A stretch of DNA of 50,329 nt from an uncultured Planctomycetia bacterium (GTDB lineage: Bacteria > Omnitrophota > Gorgyraeia > JABMRG01): contig CAZDLP010000002.1 in NCBI GenBank assembly GCA_964506565.1, positions 1 to 50,329 on the forward strand, read 5' to 3'. Below are positions 1 to 7,593 of the stretch, piece after piece (within the stretch, counting starts at the first letter, position 1; each line of letters starts with the position of its first letter). Under the pieces are notes generated by a model that did no database searches, was not told the DNA's origin, and was given only the letters and a program-made list of their open reading frames with translations. A program made the translations under genes and the position numbers.

Positions 1-70
1 ACAGGGGCAGTGTCAATATAAGGAGCCTATTTTTGCAATATTATTTAGAATTAGCTGATTATCTTTTTTT

Positions 71-91
71 AATAGGGACAGACACCTATTT
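71..91. repeat. Left inverted repeat of the Y1 transposase unit (AATAGGGACAGACACCTATTT). It can itself fold as a 6-bp stem AATAGG/CCTATT with an 8-nt loop.
   Basis: Exact reverse complement of 806-826. Lies 1 nt beyond the transposase stop codon (93-95). Confidence 0.85.
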
Positions 92-92
92 T

Positions 93-767
93 TTAAGCTT
101 CTTTTTTCGGCCTACCTTTAGGTTTTAGCTTTAAACTCCTCTTAAGTTCTTTTTCAAGTTTTTCTATAAAATTATTATCCCCAAGAGGTCTTCCCCTCAC
201 TGTCTGTTGTCTTATTTGCATAACCTTATCAAGGTTATCAGATATTCCTATGAACGCCTTCCAGTCTTGTTGCCTTTCTCTGACATAATCAAAAAGTTCA
301 TTGGCTTCCAATCCATCATGCTCAACTATTCCGCAATGTACTCTTGCACTTGACCATTTCCATAAAGATGGATTTTTAACCATCTTTGCACGCACAGGGT
401 TTCTCTCTATATAGCGTGCGCATGCTAGCGTATGCTGCTCATCCATTATGCAAGAAAAAAATCGTCCTTGAAATAGATGTCCAACCGTACACATTTTTTT
501 ATTATAATATTGTGAATATTTCATATGGGCGTACTTAAACGCCTTCCCCATTGAGTCCTCTTTTTTTGGAATTCCAATAAAGTGTACGTGGTTTGGCATA
601 AGGCAATATGCTAATATTGCTAAACCATATTTTTTGCATTCTACTCTTAGAAATGATAGATATTTTTTTCGGTCAGTATTATCAGCAAATATCTTCTGCT
701 GATAATTTCCTCGCTGGGTAATGTGGTGCGGGTATCCTACTGCAACAATACGTGCAATTCGTGGCAT
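93..767 (-). CDS. IS200/RAYT-like Y1 (HUH) transposase
   Basis: 224-aa ORF. N-terminal MPRIARI..GYPHHITQRGN, HUH motif PNHVHF and catalytic-Tyr region ARYIERNPVRA, typical of COG1943-type REP-associated/IS200-like transposases. Confidence 0.85.
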   Translation of the reverse strand: MPRIARIVAVGYPHHITQRGNYQQKIFADNTDRKKYLSFLRVECKKYGLAILAYCLMPNHVHFIGIPKKEDSMGKAFKYAHMKYSQYYNKKMCTVGHLFQGRFFSCIMDEQHTLACARYIERNPVRAKMVKNPSLWKWSSARVHCGIVEHDGLEANELFDYVRERQQDWKAFIGISDNLDKVMQIRQQTVRGRPLGDNNFIEKLEKELKRSLKLKPKGRPKKEA

Positions 768-773
768 ATAAAA

Positions 774-802
774 ATTATACCTCTTTGCAGGTAAAATGTC
801 AA
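774..802 (-). promoter_or_regulatory. Consensus sigma70-type promoter of the transposase: TTGACA (802-797), 17-nt spacer, TATAAT (779-774)
   Basis: Minus strand reads TTGACAttttacctgcaaagaggTATAATttttatATG. Only 6 nt separate the -10 box from the ATG and there is no Shine-Dalgarno sequence. Confidence 0.7.
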
Positions 803-805
803 TTT

Positions 806-826
806 AAATAGGTGTCTGTCCCTATT
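806..826. repeat. Right inverted repeat of the Y1 transposase unit
   Basis: Exact reverse complement of 71-91. Its last base (826) is also the last base of the pilC-like TAA stop (826-828). Confidence 0.85.
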
Positions 827-2031
827 TAGCCTAGTATTTCGGTAATCTTAAATATCGGCATAAATATAGCGAGCACAATGCCACCAACTATCACACCAAG
901 AAACAATATGATCATAGGCTCTATAAGGCTTGTAAGCCCATCGACCGCGGCATCGACCTGTTCATCATAAAAATCCGCTATCTTACTAAGCATCTTCTCA
1001 AGCTCTCCTGCCTGCTCTCCTACCGATATCATCCTTACAACCATCGGCGGAAAGACCGATGTCTTGGATAACGGATCTGCCAGGTTTTTACCCTCCTGCA
1101 CAGCCTTCTTAGCGTTGTTAACAGCCTTTTCTACGATCTTATTGCCTGAGGTCTTTGCCACAATATCAAGGCTGCTAAGAATAGGGACCCCGCTCTTTAC
1201 CAATGTAGAAAAGGTTCTTGAGAATTTAGCTACGCTTACCTTCTTTATAATGTTGCCGAATACAGGAAGCTTTAATACGATTGTATCAAGGGCAAGTTTT
1301 CCGCTTTCAGTCTTTGAACCCCGCACGATAGCTATAACAGCTACAATTACACCAACAAGCCCGTACACAAACCATTTACGTAGAAAATCACTTACTCCAA
1401 GTAATATTTGCGTAGGAAGCGGTAGAGAGCCTCCTAGCATATCGAATATACCTTTAAAAGTAGGCACTACCTTCACCAGAAGAAATATTGTAATAGCTAT
1501 CGATATGGTTATAACAGCGATAGGATATACCATAGCGGATTTTACCTTGCGCTGCAATGTCGCGGTCTTTTCCAGATAGACCGCAACCCTGTTTAATATC
1601 TCATCTAGCATGCCGCTTGATTCGCCTGCCCTTACCATATTTATATAAAGAGCGGAAAATATGCGCGGGTGTTTCGCAAGTGCCTGAGAAAAACTTGAAC
1701 CGGTCTCAACATCGTCTTTTAGCTTTTTAACGGTCTCGCCAAAGGCCTTATTTTCAACCTGTTGCCCAAGTATATCCAAGACATTGACAAGTGGTATGCC
1801 TGCCTCGACCATTGTAGCAAGCTGTCGTGAAAAGATTACCAAATCCTCGAGTTTTACTTTCTTGGCAGCAGCTACACTCTTCTGCTGAACATTGGCATCC
1901 TCCTCTATCGATATTATTGTAAAGTCCTCTTTTCTGAGCAGTTCTATAAGATTTTCTCTGCTCTTCGCGTCAGCGTTCCCATTAACCGTCTTGCCTTCGG
2001 AATTTTTTACTGTATATTTAAAATTCGGCAT
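826..2031 (-). CDS. Type II secretion system F family / type IV pilus platform protein PilC-like
   Basis: 401 aa. Two T2SSF-type repeats and three hydrophobic segments. AGGAGA lies 5 nt upstream of the ATG. Confidence 0.9.
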   Translation of the reverse strand: MPNFKYTVKNSEGKTVNGNADAKSRENLIELLRKEDFTIISIEEDANVQQKSVAAAKKVKLEDLVIFSRQLATMVEAGIPLVNVLDILGQQVENKAFGETVKKLKDDVETGSSFSQALAKHPRIFSALYINMVRAGESSGMLDEILNRVAVYLEKTATLQRKVKSAMVYPIAVITISIAITIFLLVKVVPTFKGIFDMLGGSLPLPTQILLGVSDFLRKWFVYGLVGVIVAVIAIVRGSKTESGKLALDTIVLKLPVFGNIIKKVSVAKFSRTFSTLVKSGVPILSSLDIVAKTSGNKIVEKAVNNAKKAVQEGKNLADPLSKTSVFPPMVVRMISVGEQAGELEKMLSKIADFYDEQVDAAVDGLTSLIEPMIILFLGVIVGGIVLAIFMPIFKITEILG

Positions 2032-2081
2032 TAAATTCTCCTGTATTTATATAGATAAAGGTAGAGACAAAGATAAAGATA

Positions 2082-3800
2082 TTATTCTTCCGTCGTTATT
2101 CTCAAGACCTCTTCTATAGTAGTTAATCCGGATAATGCTTTTTTAAACGCGTTCTCTCTTAAAGTTTTCATACCATTGGCTACAGCATATTCCTTTATCT
2201 CATCAGAGGACTTGCCTTTAATTATCAGATCCCTTATAGCGTCGTCTATAAGTAGGACCTCAAGCGTGCCCATCCTGCCATGGTAGCCTGTATTACTACA
2301 TTTGCTACAGCCTTTACCGTGATAAAAAGTCGCGTCCTTGCTTGTCTTTATATTAAGGCGTTTTAAGACGGCAGGAGTGATTTCATAAGGCTCTTTGCAA
2401 TTTTCACATATCTTCCTGCATAATCTCTGCGCAGCTACCGCTACCAGGCTTGACGCAACCAGAAACGGCTCAACCCCCATATCCATCAAACGCGTTATAG
2501 CGCCGCAGGCATCGTTGGTATGAAGAGTACTGAAAAGTAACTGTCCTGTAAGCGACGCCTTAATAGCTATGTCCGCTGTTTCAAAATCTCTTATCTCTCC
2601 TATGAGCACTATATCCGGAGTTTGACGTAATATTGAGCGTAAGCCCGTTGAAAAAGTAAATTCTATGCTTGGGTTTACCTGTATCTGCGTTATGCCATCT
2701 ACCTGATACTCTACAGGATCCTCAATTGTAACAATATTCTTTTCGTTGGTATTAAGCTGGGTTATTATAGAATAAAGAGTTGTTGATTTGCCGCTTCCAG
2801 TAGGCCCCGTAACAAGTATCATGCCATAAGGCTTAGTTATCGCCTGCTCAAAAAGCTTGAGAGGCTGCGGCAGATAACCTAATTTATCAAGGCCGATACT
2901 CAGGCTTGATTTATCCAATGCCCTCATAACTACCTTACCGCCGTGATTCGTAGGCAGTATCGATACGCGAAAATCGACTTCTTTTTCACGCATACGTATC
3001 CTGAATCTGCCATCCTGGGGTATCCGCCATTCTGTAATATCCAATCCGGACATTATTTTTAAGCGCGTAATGATAGCGTTCTGGTCTTTCTTAGGCAATG
3101 AAAACGCCTCCTGTAACGCACCGTCTACCCTATATCTTATTCTAAGGTTTTTCTCCTGCGGCTCAACATGGATATCGGACGCGCGGCTTTCAAGCGCTTC
3201 CGCGACCATAAGGTTTACCACCTTGACAATAGGGGCTACCTTACTCTGTTTTGTAGCCTCCTGGATATCTACTACCCCTTCTTCCTCGGTATTGGCCACT
3301 TCCAGAGGTTCGTTCTCATCTGCTTCCTTGACTTCCTGTAATATCTGCGCGAGTTGTGTTGACTCCGCTCCATAATAATTATGTATAGCGTCAGCTATCT
3401 CTTTTTCGGTACTGATGACAGGATCTATATTGTAATTCGTTAATACCTTGATATCATCTATAGCGAATATGTTTAAAGGGTCTGACATGCAGAGCGTAAG
3501 ATTGTCGCCCATTATCGAAATAGGGATTACATGGTACTGCTTTGCTGTTTTTTCAGGTATCAACTTCACAACATCAGGATTTATACTAAAACGTGATAGG
3601 TTAAGCATCGGGAGGTTGAGACTTGAGCTCAAAAGAACAGCAAGATCTTTCTCCTTGATAAAACCCTTCTTAAGCAGAATGGCACCAAGATTGCCCCCTT
3701 GAGCTTTCTGTGCTGCTACGGCCTCGGTGAGCTGCTCATCAGTAAGGAGCTTACTATCTCCTAATGCCTCTAAAAGTCTTTCTTTTAAAGATGCTGCCAT
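2082..3800 (-). CDS. GspE/PilB-family secretion/pilus assembly ATPase (copy 2 in the operon)
   Basis: 572 aa. T2SSE_N/MshEN-like N-domain, Walker A GPTGSGKST, tetracysteine CRKICENC...CSKCSNTGYHGR. Confidence 0.9.
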   Translation of the reverse strand: MAASLKERLLEALGDSKLLTDEQLTEAVAAQKAQGGNLGAILLKKGFIKEKDLAVLLSSSLNLPMLNLSRFSINPDVVKLIPEKTAKQYHVIPISIMGDNLTLCMSDPLNIFAIDDIKVLTNYNIDPVISTEKEIADAIHNYYGAESTQLAQILQEVKEADENEPLEVANTEEEGVVDIQEATKQSKVAPIVKVVNLMVAEALESRASDIHVEPQEKNLRIRYRVDGALQEAFSLPKKDQNAIITRLKIMSGLDITEWRIPQDGRFRIRMREKEVDFRVSILPTNHGGKVVMRALDKSSLSIGLDKLGYLPQPLKLFEQAITKPYGMILVTGPTGSGKSTTLYSIITQLNTNEKNIVTIEDPVEYQVDGITQIQVNPSIEFTFSTGLRSILRQTPDIVLIGEIRDFETADIAIKASLTGQLLFSTLHTNDACGAITRLMDMGVEPFLVASSLVAVAAQRLCRKICENCKEPYEITPAVLKRLNIKTSKDATFYHGKGCSKCSNTGYHGRMGTLEVLLIDDAIRDLIIKGKSSDEIKEYAVANGMKTLRENAFKKALSGLTTIEEVLRITTEE

Positions 3801-3806
3801 TTTCTA

Positions 3807-5519
3807 TTACCCCTTGTCTCCAACAGTAACCCTGACTATCTCTTCAAGGGTAGTCAAGCCTTCCTTTGCCTTTGCTATACCGTCCTCACGAAGAGTGCTC
3901 ATGCCTGAAGATCGTGCCTGCTCTTTTATCTGAGCCTCTGTAGAATTATTCATTATTAAACGCCTGATATTAGCATCCAATGTTAAGACCTCTATTATAC
4001 CTATCCTGCCTTTATATCCGGTACCAAAACAAAATTTGCATCCTATACCCTTATAAAAAGTAGCAAGGCTTTCATCCTTAATGCCCACGGACTTTCTTAT
4101 CTCATCATCTATCTCATAAGACTCTTTGCATTTATCACAGATCTTTCTTACGAGCCTTTGCGCGGCGATCATCACTATCGAGGAGCTGATTAAAAAAGGC
4201 TCTAAGCCCATATTTATCATTCGCGTAACAGCGCCTGGCGCTGTATTAGTATGTATGGTGCTAAGCACAAGATGGCCTGTAAGCGCTGCCTTTACCGCGG
4301 TATCAAGTGTATTAAAATCCCTGATCTCACCTACCATTATTACATCCGGATCCTGTCTCAATATAGAACGTAACGCGGCCGCGAATGTAAGGCCTATGTC
4401 AGGCTTAGCGTTTACTTGGTTTATGCCCTTTAGATCAAATTCTATAGGATCCTCAATAGTTACTATATTCTTATCAGGACTATCTATAAAATTGAGGATA
4501 GAATACAATGTCGTTGTCTTGCCGCTTCCGGTTGGGCCGCAAGCTAATATCATACCATGGGGCTTTAATGAATTTTCCTTAAGCGCCTCCAAGGAGTTGC
4601 CTGTAAAGCCTAGTTTTCCCACATTAAGCGTAGCGTTTGACTGATCCAATACCCTGATGCCTACCTTTTCTCCGAAACTTGACGGGAGTATGGAAATCCT
4701 GAAATCAACAAAATTATTCCTTATCTTAAGTTTAAACCGCCCGTCCTGCGGAAGACGCCTCTCCGCTATATTAAGCTCTGACATTACCTTTATTCTAGAT
4801 ACTACAGCCTCGTGAAGGGTCTTTGGAAGTAAACGCGCTATCTGAAGCATGCCATCTATGCGAAATCTTACCCTGGTCTCACCCTCCATAGGCTCGATAA
4901 GAATATCACTCGCCTTTAACCGCACCGCTTCCGATAGTATCATATTTGTAGCCCGTACAATGGGCACCTCCTGGGTAAGCTTGGCAAGGCTTTCAGGGCT
5001 TGTATCATCAATATCCTGCTCTGTCAAAAGAACTTCAGGTGCCTCCATACGTTTTACTACAGTCTCAAGCTGATTATGCGTATGCTTGCCATAATGCTGC
5101 TCAATAGCCGCGTCTATGGAACCGCTGTCAGTAAGCACGAGCCTTACATCAAAACCTGTAAGTGCTTTTATATCATCGATCGCGAATATATTTAAAGGGT
5201 CTGCCACAGCTACTGTTATGGTCGGGCCTATCTTTGATAAGGGAAGTATGTGATAGTGACGAGAGATTTCTCTTGGTATGATCTCAATAACTGCTGGGTC
5301 TACATTGTATTTATTGAGGTTTATAAGAGGTATGTTAAGGTCTTGACTTAAGGTGATAAGAAATTCTTTTTGCTTAACAAAACCTAGGTCTATAAGGATC
5401 TGACTTAATTTTCCGCCTTTTTCCTTTTGGAAGAGCAAGGCTTTATCAAGCTGGTCTTGACTTATGATTCTGCTCTCTAAGAGCTTATTAGTTATTCTAT
5501 CCTTTAGAGACAGAACCAT
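3807..5519 (-). CDS. GspE/PilB-family secretion/pilus assembly ATPase (copy 1 in the operon)
   Basis: 570 aa. T2SSE_N/MshEN-like N-domain, Walker A GPTGSGKTT, tetracysteine CDKCKESY...CKFCFGTGYKGR. 6-nt gap to the next ATPase gene. Confidence 0.9.
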   Translation of the reverse strand: MVLSLKDRITNKLLESRIISQDQLDKALLFQKEKGGKLSQILIDLGFVKQKEFLITLSQDLNIPLINLNKYNVDPAVIEIIPREISRHYHILPLSKIGPTITVAVADPLNIFAIDDIKALTGFDVRLVLTDSGSIDAAIEQHYGKHTHNQLETVVKRMEAPEVLLTEQDIDDTSPESLAKLTQEVPIVRATNMILSEAVRLKASDILIEPMEGETRVRFRIDGMLQIARLLPKTLHEAVVSRIKVMSELNIAERRLPQDGRFKLKIRNNFVDFRISILPSSFGEKVGIRVLDQSNATLNVGKLGFTGNSLEALKENSLKPHGMILACGPTGSGKTTTLYSILNFIDSPDKNIVTIEDPIEFDLKGINQVNAKPDIGLTFAAALRSILRQDPDVIMVGEIRDFNTLDTAVKAALTGHLVLSTIHTNTAPGAVTRMINMGLEPFLISSSIVMIAAQRLVRKICDKCKESYEIDDEIRKSVGIKDESLATFYKGIGCKFCFGTGYKGRIGIIEVLTLDANIRRLIMNNSTEAQIKEQARSSGMSTLREDGIAKAKEGLTTLEEIVRVTVGDKG

Positions 5520-5958
5520 AGTAGCGCTTAATCGACTCTTTAATATCGGTTTGAGTACTTACGAAGACTTGAACCTTGCAGTTTGTAATAAGCTCGACAT
5601 CCTCTATGGCATGAATGTTAAGCGGGTCAGACATGGCAACGGTCAGGGAATTGCCTATCTTGTCTATTATAATCAGATTATATTGTACAGCGACATTTTC
5701 AGACACCAGTTTTACTATCTTGGCGTCGATCTCATAATTGGTAAGAGGTAGATACGGGTAACCGAATTGCGTTGTAAGTGATTGTGCTATCTGCTCTTCT
5801 GTAGCGTAGCCTAAAAGCACGAATATGCCTCCGATAAGCCCGCCCTTATCCTTTTGTACAGCAAGTGCCTTCTGGAGCTGGCGCTCGTTTATTATCTTCT
5901 TATCCAGCAAGAGCTCACCAAGCTGCTTTGATATGATTCTTTTTGGTGGTGTTATCAT
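5497..5958 (-). CDS. Stand-alone T2SSE_N / MshEN-domain protein with no ATPase domain
   Basis: 153 aa. Tandem 24-residue MshEN-like motifs (QLGELLLDKKIINERQLQKALAVQ, LIGGIFVLLGYATEEQIAQSLTTQ) followed by the SDPLNIHAIEDV box of GspE N-domains. Overlaps the following ATPase start by 23 nt. Confidence 0.8.
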   Translation of the reverse strand: MITPPKRIISKQLGELLLDKKIINERQLQKALAVQKDKGGLIGGIFVLLGYATEEQIAQSLTTQFGYPYLPLTNYEIDAKIVKLVSENVAVQYNLIIIDKIGNSLTVAMSDPLNIHAIEDVELITNCKVQVFVSTQTDIKESIKRYYGSVSKG

Positions 5959-5962
5959 AAGA

Positions 5963-7402
5963 TTACGCCTTTACTGTATTGCGTCCTTCGTCTTTTGCCT
6001 GTTTAAGCAGGTTCTTAGCCTTATCAGTAAGCTCCTTACTTGAAACTCCGTCTATCGGATTCTCTGTCAAGCTAGCGCTTACCGTAAGAAATGTCTCTTT
6101 ATCCTTCAGGTGAGACAATATGTTCAGTGATGCTATCTTCTCCCGCATCTCATCAGCGATATTCTTTGCTTCCTTTTTATTTCTTTCCGGAAGCACCAAC
6201 GCAAATTCAGTCTCACCGAAACGCCCTGCTTTGTCTACAGGACTAAGCTCGCTCTTAATAAGTTTTGCTATTCTCTTAAGAGCAGCCTCGCCTGAGAGCC
6301 TGCCATATTTGTCGCAGAAGGACTTAAAATCATCTATATCAAGCAAGATAAATGAGCAAGGGCGCTGATAGATCATGCCTCTCTTGATCTCTTCCTCCAG
6401 GTATTCTTTTATAAACTTAGCATTATATAGCTGGGTAAGCTCGTCCTTTACCTCGAGTTCCTCGGTCTTTTTCATAAGCGAGTCGTTCTCAATAGCTATA
6501 GCCGCTTGCTTGCAAAAAACATGCAGAAGCTCAATATCATCCTTATCGTACTCGAAATCATCCTCGCTATTTCCAAGAAAGACAGCACCTTCTAACTTAC
6601 CACGTACTATCACAGGAACAACGATACAATTCTTAAACGCATAAAGCTCTTTAAAAGCCACGGTATCATCATCATCCTTATCAAGGTTTTTATCAAGAAC
6701 AATATCATGTATTTCTGTTCTAAAGCGCGCTAATAGCCCGCGTTTTAAGCTTACTGGTAATTTCACAGCCTCAGCATTGTCGATGTTTATTGATGAAAAC
6801 GTTATCATGTTTTCACGCTCACCATCTATCAACATAACACCTGCCGGATTTTCATTATCCAGAAGCGATATCTTCTCGACCAGTATATCAAGTACGGACT
6901 TTAGGTCTGTGCCTGATGAGATCAGATTGCCTATTTGAAGTAAACCTGAAAGGACCATAACCTTTTTGTGGATTGCTGTATTTATATCTCTGGTCTTCTC
7001 ACCATAGCTCTTTAACTCGGTAAGGTTGTCTCTAATTGTATCTGACATAGCATTAAGAGATAAGGCAAGGTCTCTTGCTTCACCCTCTTCCTTGACCTCT
7101 ATTGAGCGTTCAAAATCACCACCGGCAATAAGCTTGGCCTCTATCGCCATATCAATGATAGGTTCTATCATCTTTTTCGCGAGCACAAACCCCAATATCG
7201 CTATAAATATGGTTATCGCTATTACGATACCAAGTGACCTGGTCATGCCTATATATGGAAAAACAAAGTTTGTCGTTATATATACGCATATCATAAGCGG
7301 GATAATAGACATAAGGGAAAATACTATCATGAGCTTATACTTTAAACCAGCCGGCACAAGTGAGAGCCTGTTCAACATGCCTTTATCTTTATCCGACATC
7401 AT
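5963..7402 (-). CDS. Membrane HAMP-GAF-GGDEF domain protein with a degenerate active site (GETEF)
   Basis: 479 aa. Two N-terminal TM segments, HAMP-like linker, GAF-like core, and a C-terminal GGDEF fold (LLDIDDFKSFCDKYG ... GRFGETEFALVLP). AAGGAG precedes ATGATG, so the second ATG (7399) may be the true start. Confidence 0.8.
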   Translation of the reverse strand: MMSDKDKGMLNRLSLVPAGLKYKLMIVFSLMSIIPLMICVYITTNFVFPYIGMTRSLGIVIAITIFIAILGFVLAKKMIEPIIDMAIEAKLIAGGDFERSIEVKEEGEARDLALSLNAMSDTIRDNLTELKSYGEKTRDINTAIHKKVMVLSGLLQIGNLISSGTDLKSVLDILVEKISLLDNENPAGVMLIDGERENMITFSSINIDNAEAVKLPVSLKRGLLARFRTEIHDIVLDKNLDKDDDDTVAFKELYAFKNCIVVPVIVRGKLEGAVFLGNSEDDFEYDKDDIELLHVFCKQAAIAIENDSLMKKTEELEVKDELTQLYNAKFIKEYLEEEIKRGMIYQRPCSFILLDIDDFKSFCDKYGRLSGEAALKRIAKLIKSELSPVDKAGRFGETEFALVLPERNKKEAKNIADEMREKIASLNILSHLKDKETFLTVSASLTENPIDGVSSKELTDKAKNLLKQAKDEGRNTVKA

Positions 7403-7463
7403 TTTCTCCTTGATTTTAGCAAACTACTTCCTATTTGCCATCTTGCTCTTAATAATATTCTTA

Positions 7464-7492
7464 ATTTTACACTATAATAAAAAAAATGTCAA
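7464..7492 (-). promoter_or_regulatory. Sigma70-type promoter of the GGDEF-MshEN-ATPase-PilC operon: TTGACA (7492-7487), 17 nt, TAAAAT (7469-7464)
   Basis: Minus strand reads TTGACAttttttttattatagtgTAAAAT, giving a leader of about 55 nt ending in AAGGAGA. Confidence 0.6.
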
Positions 7493-7593
7493 TTAAACAA
7501 AGGCCTTAACGTATATTTTTCAATATCAGGACTATAACAACAAGTAATAACCAAAAACCTATAACCTAAATCAGCTGTATAAAGCAACTACTT

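Larger units (their letters stand above)
71..826 (-). mobile_element. Compact IS200/RAYT-like unit: hairpin repeat, Y1 transposase gene, own promoter, hairpin repeat (756 bp)
   Basis: Perfect 21-nt inverted repeats bracket a single HUH/Y1 transposase gene and its promoter. No direct target duplication is visible, as expected for HUH single-strand transposition. Confidence 0.7.

Noticed and set aside
11-16. tgtcaa (TTGACA on the minus strand) at the very left edge, considered as a promoter for the next minus-strand gene
   Set aside because: The corresponding -10 region falls outside the window, so the call cannot be supported.
7403-7463. c-di-GMP riboswitch in front of the GGDEF/ATPase operon
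   Set aside because: The inferred leader is only about 55 nt and lacks GEMM-like conserved segments.
7546-7575. Shared aaccaaaaacc / ataacct strings between the radical-SAM downstream spacer and the yebC-ruvC spacer. Considered as a second repeat family.
   Set aside because: Only short low-complexity matches are present, with no extended alignment and no shared secondary structure.
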